64,000 bases of DNA, taken from the NCBI GenBank assembly GCA_963663805.2, contig CAXXMR010000012.1, positions 128,001 through 192,000 on the forward strand, read 5' to 3'. Shown here piece by piece: positions 56,285-64,000 of the stretch; position 1 is the stretch's first letter; each line of letters starts with the position of its first letter. The position numbers and the translations under genes were made by a program. The notes beneath the pieces are model-generated. The model was not told the DNA's origin. It saw only the letters and a list, made by a program, of their open reading frames with translations, and did not search any database. The stretch comes from Sedimentisphaerales bacterium. GTDB taxonomy: Bacteria; Planctomycetota; Phycisphaerae; Sedimentisphaerales; SM23-30.

Positions 56285-58039
56285 ATGAAGCCTATAGTTG
56301 AGATTCTGGAAGAGCGGATTGGGGCAGTGTTGTCAGAGGTTGCAGGTCAGGCTTCGCCGGCGGTGGTTCGGCCTTCGCAGAATCTTCAGTTTGGCGACTA
56401 TCAGGCAAACGGGGTGATGGGGTTGGCAAAGAAACTGCAGATGAATCCGCGGCAGTTGGCGATTGATGTTGTCGCTAAGCTGGATTTGTCGGATATTTGT
56501 GAGGGGCCGGAGGTGGCGGGGCCGGGCTTTATCAATTTGCGTTTGCGGGGCGCTTGGCTTAATGCCCGGCTGAGTGAGGCGATAGCGGATAGGGAGCGGC
56601 TGGGGGTTGACAGGGCAAATAGGGCGGGGACTATTGTGATAGATTTTTCCGGACCGAACCTGGCGAAGGAGATGCATGTCGGGCATTTACGTTCGACGAT
56701 AATAGGGGACGTACTGGCTCGGGTTCTGGAGTTTGGCCTGGGAGTGGAAGGCAATGTTGTACGTCAGAATCATGTGGGGGACTGGGGTTTGCAGTTTGGA
56801 ATGCTGGTAGCGCATTTACGTGATACTAACCCTGACGCGGTGGCGGAAGGTTTGCAGGTGGCGGACCTGGAGCAGTTTTATAAGCAGGCCAAGCAGAAGT
56901 TTGATTCGGACGAGGATTTCAAAAAGCGGGCCTATGAAGCTACGGTTAAACTGCATGAGCATGATGAGGAGACACTGCGGGCATGGCGGTGCGTGGTGGA
57001 TGAATCGCGGCGTCATTGTCAGACGATATATGACCAGTTGAATGTGCGGCTGAATCAGGCAAACGAAAAAGGCGAGAGCACCTATAGCAAAGTGCTGGGG
57101 GATGTGGTGGGGGATTTGGAAAAGGCGGGCTATCTCAAAGAGTCTGACGGGGCGGGTTGTGTATTTCTGGACGGGTTCAAGAGCAAGGAAGGTGAGCCGC
57201 TGCCTTTGATTGTGCGGAAGTCGGACGGAGCGTATCTGTACGCAACGACGGATTTGGCGGCGTTACGGTATCGAGTAGGGACACTCAAGGCAAGTCGGAT
57301 AGTTTATGTTACCGACGCGCGGCAGAAGCTGCATTTCGAAATGGTTTTCGCTTGTGCGCGACAGGCGGGTTGGGCGAGTGGCGACGTGCGGCTGGAGCAT
57401 GTACCGTTTGGTTCGGTGCTGGGCGAGGATAACAAGCCATTTAAGACGCGGTCGGGTGAGAATATCAAGTTGAAGTCGCTGCTGGACGAAGCTCAGGAAC
57501 GGGCCCGGGCGGTGGTGGAGCAGAAAAATCCGGAACTGGCGGAGGAGCAGAAAGACGGAATTGCCCGGGCGGTGGGTATCGGTGCGGTGAAATACGCCGA
57601 CCTGTCGAACAATCTGGTCAGTGATTATGTTTTCAACTGGGATAAGATGCTGGCGTTGGAGGGCAACACGGCTCCTTATATGCAGTATGCTTACGCGCGG
57701 GTACAGAGTATTTTCCGTAAAGGCGAGGTTGCCGAGGCGGAACTGGAAAACAGTCTCGACAAGCTGGAATTGGCTGAGGCAGAGGAGCTGACCTTGGCGA
57801 AGGCTTTACTTCGTTATGGCGAAGTGCTGGAGATGGTGGCTCGTGATTTGCGTCCCCATTTATTGACCAGCTATCTGTTTGATCTGACTCAGGCGTTTAG
57901 CGGTTTTTATACGAATTGCCCGGTACTCAAAGCTGCTGAGCCGGTGCGGACTTCGCGGCTGCTGCTGTGCCTGCATACCGCCCGAACGATTCGGCATGGT
58001 CTTAATTTACTGGGTATCGAGACCATCGACCAGATGTAG
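56285..58039 (+). CDS. argS: Arginine--tRNA ligase
   Basis: GDYQAN, GPGFIN, PNLAKEMHVGH, FKTRSG, GNTAPYMQYA. Confidence 0.97.
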   Translation: MKPIVEILEERIGAVLSEVAGQASPAVVRPSQNLQFGDYQANGVMGLAKKLQMNPRQLAIDVVAKLDLSDICEGPEVAGPGFINLRLRGAWLNARLSEAIADRERLGVDRANRAGTIVIDFSGPNLAKEMHVGHLRSTIIGDVLARVLEFGLGVEGNVVRQNHVGDWGLQFGMLVAHLRDTNPDAVAEGLQVADLEQFYKQAKQKFDSDEDFKKRAYEATVKLHEHDEETLRAWRCVVDESRRHCQTIYDQLNVRLNQANEKGESTYSKVLGDVVGDLEKAGYLKESDGAGCVFLDGFKSKEGEPLPLIVRKSDGAYLYATTDLAALRYRVGTLKASRIVYVTDARQKLHFEMVFACARQAGWASGDVRLEHVPFGSVLGEDNKPFKTRSGENIKLKSLLDEAQERARAVVEQKNPELAEEQKDGIARAVGIGAVKYADLSNNLVSDYVFNWDKMLALEGNTAPYMQYAYARVQSIFRKGEVAEAELENSLDKLELAEAEELTLAKALLRYGEVLEMVARDLRPHLLTSYLFDLTQAFSGFYTNCPVLKAAEPVRTSRLLLCLHTARTIRHGLNLLGIETIDQM

Positions 58040-58049
58040 TCTGGGTGCG

Positions 58050-59573
58050 TTATTTTACGGTAAATCCATTCTGGTAGATTTTACCGCTACCTTCGGGGTC
58101 GATGGCCAGTTGGTATTTGTAATCACCGGCCCGTTTCATCTGGAAACTCCACGCTGTTTGCGGGACCACACAGGTAGTCTCGCTCCCGGCGGCGACTTCG
58201 CAGGGCAAGGGGCCAAAATAGGCTTGTTCCTGATTAATCATGAGAATCACCATGCAGGCACCGGCGGGCACATCGACATCGCCGCTGTTTTTGACGGTAA
58301 AACCGAGCTGGGCTTTTTCGCCGGCTTTGATTACTTCCGGTTTGAAATGGACAGCGGTACATTCGAGCTGAAATTTTTTGCGGTCGATGACGAGGCTCTT
58401 GCCTGAGGTAAGCAGGGTGAGTTCTTCGGTCAGCTGGCTGCGCATGTTTTGGGGGACACCGACGTGTATGGACTGGACGATTCCGTCTTTGCCAATAATT
58501 ACGGTTTGAGGAATTCCGCTTACCTGATATTTCGGTGCGGCTCCTTTGTCCAGGGCTACGTTGACATTGAGTTTGGCCTGATTTAGATATTGCTTGACGG
58601 TATCTTTATTTTCATTCTGATTTAGGGCATAGAAGACCACCGATTTATCTTTGAAGCTGCTGGTTACCTGTTCGATAATCGGCAGGGCTTGTCGGCAGGG
58701 TCCGCACCAGGTCGCCCAAAAATCCAGAACCACAATATCTTTTTTGAAATGGCTGGAAAGCAGTTTGCTCGGCCCTTCGATTAGCTCCAGAGTGAAATCT
58801 GGTGCGGTTTTGCCGACTAACGGATGCTGCTCACTTGCTCCGCCGAATCGATAGACTTTTTCGGCAAAGGTCGGTGGAGTATATTGAAAATCTTTCTCAT
58901 TTGCATCCCGCCGATTGCCAAACAGCCATTGAGCTTTCAGGGCAGCCTGAGCGGCCGGCGAGTTGGTCTCAATCGCGATTTTTTTCAGAACTACCGGCTC
59001 ATCAACAGTAACATAAAAATCCCATTGCAGTCCCTGTTGAATGAGCAAAAGTTTGTGGCAATTTTTGTCAGCAATTTTTTCGGTGCCGATGTATTGGGTC
59101 TCGATAATGTTCTGGGTCAGGGTGGTGTAGGGGTTCTGGGAAATAAGTACTTCTATAAAGGGTAATGCCTGGCGGGCCATGCTGCCGGCTTCCATACCGG
59201 GCAGGAAAAGGCCGGGCAAATTCATCGGGGCTGAGCGGATGAGATATTGGCCCAGGTGGGGCATGAATATCAGCAGGTCTTGCCCGTCGCAGATGATGGC
59301 AGGAGTGATGCCGGTTGTGCGAGGACGCAGTGCGAGCTTGTTGGGCAGGGAGGCAGCGACGGTGAATTTTTCGGTGATGGTCTGACTAAACAGATTCTGC
59401 CTTACAATCATAGTAGATTCAACATCTACCACAAAGCCGGATTGTGCGGACAGCGAATCGGCGAATTTACGCAGGATAATTTCGGGGTCGGGTTTGTCTT
59501 CCTGGGCCTGGAGGCTGGGCAGGACGAAATTCAGGGTTGCCAGGCAAATCAGTAAGGCGCGAAATAAATTCAT
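58050..59573 (-). CDS. Secreted DUF2092/LolA-like plus TlpA thioredoxin plus Ig-like (CARDB-like) fusion
   Basis: Signal peptide; FQYTPP...AEKV; APDFTL...LDFWATWCGPC; C-terminal beta-rich TVKNSG domain. Confidence 0.82.
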   Translation of the reverse strand: MNLFRALLICLATLNFVLPSLQAQEDKPDPEIILRKFADSLSAQSGFVVDVESTMIVRQNLFSQTITEKFTVAASLPNKLALRPRTTGITPAIICDGQDLLIFMPHLGQYLIRSAPMNLPGLFLPGMEAGSMARQALPFIEVLISQNPYTTLTQNIIETQYIGTEKIADKNCHKLLLIQQGLQWDFYVTVDEPVVLKKIAIETNSPAAQAALKAQWLFGNRRDANEKDFQYTPPTFAEKVYRFGGASEQHPLVGKTAPDFTLELIEGPSKLLSSHFKKDIVVLDFWATWCGPCRQALPIIEQVTSSFKDKSVVFYALNQNENKDTVKQYLNQAKLNVNVALDKGAAPKYQVSGIPQTVIIGKDGIVQSIHVGVPQNMRSQLTEELTLLTSGKSLVIDRKKFQLECTAVHFKPEVIKAGEKAQLGFTVKNSGDVDVPAGACMVILMINQEQAYFGPLPCEVAAGSETTCVVPQTAWSFQMKRAGDYKYQLAIDPEGSGKIYQNGFTVK

Positions 59574-59845
59574 ATTTTTCTCCGAGTAAGGGCAGCTCCT
59601 GGGCATACCATATTAACTATTATCGTTCATTTGACCAACAGGCTGTACCTTTAAAAGCATAGTATCTGAATCGGATATATTGGACAAGATAATGATTATT
59701 CCCAGTAATATAAGCGTAATTTAGGTGGCTGGTTGACAGAGTGGCGATGTTTTGTTAGTTTAGCGACAGAGTTTCAGGGATGAAACGCCCGGGACAGGCT
59801 GCCTGGGCCTCTGGAGTTTGGTTACACCCATAAAGGAAAAAGTTT

Positions 59846-60190
59846 ATGGCAATCCAGGACTGGTCAGAAAATATCGTTGTGGCAGACCTTGCCGGCGACC
59901 CGGATTTTACCGATGAGATAAACACCCTTACCGAGCGGATGGAAAATGATGCTCGTGAGGTGCTGTTGAATTTTGCTCATGTCAAATTTCTTAATTCGTC
60001 TAACCTTTCTCGGCTGCTGAAGTTGCGCAAAGTCGTGCTCGACGCCGACCGTCGCATGATTCTTTGTGAGATTCCGATTCAGGTTTGGGGCGTGTTTTTG
60101 CTGACGGGGCTTGATGCGCTTTTTGATGTTGCTGAAGATACCGCTTCGGGGCTGGCGGCATTGCAGATTTCTAACAATTCCGGTAAGTAG
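59846..60190 (+). CDS. STAS-domain anti-sigma factor antagonist
   Basis: LNFAHVKFLNSSNL, TGLDALF; AAGGA RBS; TTGACA-N17-TAGTTT upstream. Confidence 0.88.
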   Translation: MAIQDWSENIVVADLAGDPDFTDEINTLTERMENDAREVLLNFAHVKFLNSSNLSRLLKLRKVVLDADRRMILCEIPIQVWGVFLLTGLDALFDVAEDTASGLAALQISNNSGK

Positions 60191-60192
60191 CT

Positions 60193-60295
60193 AAAAAACA
60201 ACCCGGCCACGATGCCGGGTTGCGTCACGCAAGGGGGGCGAGCCGCGATACGGCCATTGCGTGACTTCGCATACCAGGCTGCTCCACCAGCCGGA
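60193..60295 (-). ncRNA. Candidate small RNA with intrinsic terminator
   Basis: Three hairpins ending in CAACCCGGC/GCCGGGTTG plus U6 on the minus strand; both neighbouring genes are on +. Confidence 0.4.
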
Positions 60296-60326
60296 TATAC
60301 TGTTTATCGTTCTACTATTATTATAG

Positions 60327-61250
60327 GTGTCCAAAAATAAGCGTCCACCGGGTCGGTCAAAAAAAGTGTCAGAAAACTCTCAGCATCAGCAGGAAAATCT
60401 GGAAGGTTTTCGCAGTCATCCGCGTCATTACCAGGGGCGGCAACTGGTATATCCAGTGCTTACCCGGCGCGGCGGAGGGATTAGTGTTGGCGTAAACCTC
60501 AGTCCCGAAAAGGTTTGTAACTTCAACTGTGTTTATTGCCAGGTCGATCGGGATGATTGCGGTGATGGGCCGGTGAGTTTTTCGCTGAAGGTGCTGGACT
60601 CTGAGCTGCGTGAGACTATCGGGCAAATCAAGAGTGGGCAGATATATCAGTTTCAGCCGTTTTGTGGTGCGTCTGAAGAGCTGCGTCGTTTCAATGATAT
60701 TGCCCTGAGCGGCGACGGCGAGCCTGCGGCATCGGAGCATTTTTCGGAGAGTTGCCGTTTAATTGCCAGGCTAAAGGGCGAGTTGGCTTTGCCGGGGGTG
60801 AAAATTGTTCTGATTACCAATGCGAGTTGTTTGCATCTGGAGCGGGTGCGTGAGGGTTTGGAAATTTTGCGTCAGAATCAGGGGCAGATATGGGCCAAGC
60901 TCGATGCCGGTACGGAAGATTATTATCGAGAGGTAAATAACAGTGACGTGCCCTTCAAACGTATTCTGGAAAATCTTCTGCTGACCGCCCGCAAGCAGGA
61001 AATTGTAATTCAAACATTGTTTATGAATATAGATGGTCAATCGCCCACGTATGCCGAAATCGAAGCGTATGTTGAACGCTTGCGCGAGATACTCGATGGG
61101 GGCGGGAGAATTGCCGGTATCCAACTGCATACTATCGCCCGGCCGCCGCGTCTGGCAAAGGTTTCGATGCTCAGGGCTGAGCAGCTTGACGATATTGCCG
61201 ACCAAATCAGAAAAGCGGTTGATTTGCCGCTTGGGGTATATTACGGCTAG
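60327..61250 (+). CDS. Radical SAM protein
   Basis: CNFNCVYC, SGDGEP, LITNA, KLDAG. Confidence 0.88.
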   Translation: MSKNKRPPGRSKKVSENSQHQQENLEGFRSHPRHYQGRQLVYPVLTRRGGGISVGVNLSPEKVCNFNCVYCQVDRDDCGDGPVSFSLKVLDSELRETIGQIKSGQIYQFQPFCGASEELRRFNDIALSGDGEPAASEHFSESCRLIARLKGELALPGVKIVLITNASCLHLERVREGLEILRQNQGQIWAKLDAGTEDYYREVNNSDVPFKRILENLLLTARKQEIVIQTLFMNIDGQSPTYAEIEAYVERLREILDGGGRIAGIQLHTIARPPRLAKVSMLRAEQLDDIADQIRKAVDLPLGVYYG

Positions 61251-61508
61251 TTTTTCAGTACTGATAAACGTGATTCTTAACACGAAACCGGGGGACACCG
61301 TAGAGGGGAATTATTTCAAATCAACAGTGTTCGGTTTGCGTGTAAAAAAACTTGAAAAAACTTTGCGAAATCCCTTGATAAATTGAAGTTATCGCTTGTG
61401 GTCTACCGATTTATGATTATAATCACCAATGTGTGGCCGCTTGAGACTAGAGATAATCGTAAATTGGCAAGGTCACTAATGTCGGCCCCAGAGTTCAGGG
61501 AATCAGTT

Positions 61509-62033
61509 ATGGTCAGTCAAGGAAGATTGGCAAAAGTAATGCTTTCGCTTATGGCAGCGATGACGGCAGGGGCTCTGGTCTTGTTGATGCTCGAAGGCAA
61601 GCCTATCAGACCGATGGCTTTTAGCCTCACCAGTCAGACTCAACTGCGTTCAGTCAACATGGTACTCGGCACCGAAGCCGGTATCGAACTGGGCCGCTGG
61701 AAGCGCATTGAAGTTTCTTACAGCAACAGTGCCGGCCTGCTCAGCGAGCGGGGGTTGATTGGTCCGCTGTCCAGCCAGGTTCATTTTGTCATTTCCGATG
61801 GTTCTGTCGGCAGAGACGGCGAGATTTTCGCTTCCCGCTGCTGGATCGAACAACGCAGCTGTCTGGGGCTGCCCGAGGGCGGAGATTCCGCCCGGACTAT
61901 CAGAATTTGTCTGATTGGCGACCGGTCCTCACGTCGGGCGACTACCAGCCAGCACCATCAGTTGGAAGTGCTGGTCACCAGTTTGGTCAAACACTGCCAA
62001 ATCGAGCCCAATATCGACTGGAAAACCCCCTGA
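61509..62033 (+). CDS. Membrane-anchored degenerate Amidase_2/PGRP-like protein
   Basis: N-terminal TM; RWKRIEV, HFVISDG...DGEI, IRICLIGD, Q...LEVLV pattern. Confidence 0.55.
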   Translation: MVSQGRLAKVMLSLMAAMTAGALVLLMLEGKPIRPMAFSLTSQTQLRSVNMVLGTEAGIELGRWKRIEVSYSNSAGLLSERGLIGPLSSQVHFVISDGSVGRDGEIFASRCWIEQRSCLGLPEGGDSARTIRICLIGDRSSRRATTSQHHQLEVLVTSLVKHCQIEPNIDWKTP

Positions 62034-62264
62034 GCTGACTATTACTGGAAATTCTGAACAATACCAGACGAAAAAAATTGGAACGACAAAGGTGTTGTAT
62101 TCCGCCTTTGGCGTTTTTTTATTTGGCGTCGGGGTATTTGGAGCTGGCGGGGCAGTCCGATAATTGTTTTGTTTGGGTGAAATTTTTCGCTTTTCATACC
62201 AGGATTCCTCGGTATTATTGCCTCCTTAAAATAATGTATGTTTTACAATGAATTACAATTTGAC

Positions 62265-62293
62265 TTGTCAACTAAGTGGACATGGCGTACAAT
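62265..62293 (+). promoter_or_regulatory. Sigma70 promoter
   Basis: TTGTCA-N17-TACAAT, about 265 nt upstream of the kinase ATG. Confidence 0.6.
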
Positions 62294-62557
62294 AAGTATG
62301 TGAAGAATGAGTGCCAGTAAGATGGCTTCCGGACGGAACTTACAGGGCCTGAAAACAGGTTTCTGTTGAGAAAGTCGGGGGGTAGAGCAAAGTTGGAGTC
62401 TCGTAGGTGTGGGACTTCCTCCTCAGTGTATCCTCAGCTTCACCAGTAAGTTACAGGATATTTTTACCTGCCGGACACCGTATACCCTACGGACAAGAGG
62501 AGATTTCTTGTAGATTGGTAATGAAGTTGCCGGTTTATTTTTACGACAGAATATAAT

Positions 62558-63472
62558 ATGCCCAACGACCTACATACAAAACGCAGTGAGCTGATAAACC
62601 GAGATGACCCCCACTATGAGGGTTTTGAGGTCGTCCGTCGCCTGGGCTATGGCGCGGGAAGCGTCATTTTCGAGGTAAAAAATCTGCGTTCCCATGAGAC
62701 CTTTGCCCTTAAACATGTAGTTCGCAGCGACGATCAGGACAAAAGGCTGATTGAGCAGGTTGAGACCGAGTTTCATATCGCCCAAAAGGTCAATCACCCA
62801 TATATTCGCAAGATTCACGACATTCAGCGCCGCAAGAAGTATCTCCAGACCCGCGAAGTACTTATGCTCATGGAATTTTGTCCCGGCATCAGTCTGGAGC
62901 AGAGTTCCGCCCGCAGTCTGCTGGATATTTTGCTGATTTTCCGCATGGTCGCCGACGGCCTGCAGGGGATGCACAGCAGCGGGGTACTGCATTGCGATAT
63001 TAAGCCCAACAACATTATTATCAGCGAAAGCGGAACCATCAGGATTATCGACTTGGGCCAAAGTTGCCCGATTGGTACGGTCAAGCCGCGTATTCAGGGC
63101 ACCCCGGATTATATCGCACCGGAACAGGTCAAACGCAAGCCACTGACCAAGCAGACCGATGTGTTCAATTTGGGGGCGACGATGTACTGGGCCCTGACCG
63201 GTAAGCATGTACCAACTCTGATTCCCAAGCCGACAGACCGGGTTGAACTGGCGACCATGGACAATACCGGTCCGCCGCCCACGCCGACCCAGTTAAAACC
63301 AAAGATTCCCGTTGGGGTATCCAACCTTATAATGGATTGTGTCCAGAAAGACCCGGCCCGGCGTCCCACGGATATGCCGACTCTAGTCTCACGTCTGGAC
63401 CTGCTGATTCACATGATCGCCGGAGGCCGGCCCACAGCTAACGGCAACGGCAAGAAAAAGCCGCAGCAGTAA
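62558..63472 (+). CDS. Hanks-type Ser/Thr protein kinase (cytoplasmic, non-RD)
   Basis: LGYGAGS, ALK, HCDIKPNN, DLG, GTPDYIAPE, DVFNLG. Confidence 0.92.
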   Translation: MPNDLHTKRSELINRDDPHYEGFEVVRRLGYGAGSVIFEVKNLRSHETFALKHVVRSDDQDKRLIEQVETEFHIAQKVNHPYIRKIHDIQRRKKYLQTREVLMLMEFCPGISLEQSSARSLLDILLIFRMVADGLQGMHSSGVLHCDIKPNNIIISESGTIRIIDLGQSCPIGTVKPRIQGTPDYIAPEQVKRKPLTKQTDVFNLGATMYWALTGKHVPTLIPKPTDRVELATMDNTGPPPTPTQLKPKIPVGVSNLIMDCVQKDPARRPTDMPTLVSRLDLLIHMIAGGRPTANGNGKKKPQQ

Positions 63473-63483
63473 CCAAGAGATAA

Positions 63484-64000
63484 ATGGATTATCAGGAAAT
63501 TATCCAGGCACTGGAAGCAGGTGCCCAGGCGAATATGTCTAACCGCTTCCGCAACGGAAATCTGATTACCTTGTCCTCGCCCGGCCAGGTTGTCATGACC
63601 GGGGATTTGCACGGCAATATCCGCAATTTTGAAAAGCTGATTCGTTTTGCCAATCTTGAGGCAGATAGCGGTAACCACCTTATTTTACACGAACTTATCC
63701 ACGGGGCTAATACAGAAAGTCCCGACCAGTGCCATTCTTACGAGCTGGTGAGCATGGCCGCCCGACTAAAGGCACGTTTTCCCAACCAGATACATTATAT
63801 TCTCGGCAACCACGCCATGGCCCAGGTCACTCGCGAGGAAGTCCTCAAGAACGGCCAGCCCATGGTACGGGCCTTGAATACCGGGATGTACAATACCTTC
63901 GGTGAGCATTCCGGCCAGGTCATGAAGGCCCTGGACCATTTCATTCTGTCTCTGCCGCTGGCAGTGCGGACGGATAATCGCATCTGGATGTCCCATTCAC
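63484..64000 (+). CDS. Calcineurin-like metallophosphoesterase (partial, runs off the window)
   Basis: From ATG 63484: MDYQEII...MTGDLHGN...HELIHG...ILGNH. Confidence 0.85.
   Translation, partial: MDYQEIIQALEAGAQANMSNRFRNGNLITLSSPGQVVMTGDLHGNIRNFEKLIRFANLEADSGNHLILHELIHGANTESPDQCHSYELVSMAARLKARFPNQIHYILGNHAMAQVTREEVLKNGQPMVRALNTGMYNTFGEHSGQVMKALDHFILSLPLAVRTDNRIWMSHS

Noticed and set aside
62042..62197. 51-aa basic minus-strand ORF (MKSEKFHP...) with GAGGA upstream
   Set aside because: No motif support and composition consistent with A-rich intergenic DNA; cannot be supported without homologs.
1..64000. CRISPR array, tRNA/rRNA genes, prophage
   Set aside because: No regularly spaced repeat-spacer units, no recognisable tRNA or rRNA motifs, and no phage genes seen.

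Overview
A gene-dense core-chromosome segment around dnaA and a likely oriC (DnaA-box cluster at about 42186-42316). Gene content suggests a diderm bacterium, probably Planctomycetota (Phycisphaerae-like); this is an inference from the Hanks kinases, HEAT-repeat proteins, long PilM fusion with Gly/Met-rich inserts, stand-alone ClpN protein, orphan dnaA and mreCD. Recognisable genes include mreC (partial), mreD, lptD-like, dapF, folD, an ArsR plus CoA-disulfide reductase-rhodanese pair, a pilM operon, xerC, a glycosyltransferase cluster, dnaA, mlaF/mlaD-like, typA, glmM-like, dnaK (sigma54-type promoter), rsfS, argS, two radical SAM proteins and two Ser/Thr kinases. I saw no rRNA, tRNA, CRISPR array, prophage or intact transposase. 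Most notable observations: (1) several interrelated short intergenic repeat families whose orientation appears to track strong kb-scale C-rich versus G-rich strand domains that are independent of gene direction and oriC; (2) Met/Gly-rich tracts in all three pilM-operon proteins; (3) an LPS-kinase-like gene coupled to a putative nucleotidyltransferase/NDK-like fusion; (4) a shared ~100-bp element upstream of dapF and glmM; (5) candidate structured RNAs at about 27470-27600, 60193-60295 and 62300-62520; (6) a frameshift in the DegT aminotransferase. All family calls come from motif recognition, not database searches.
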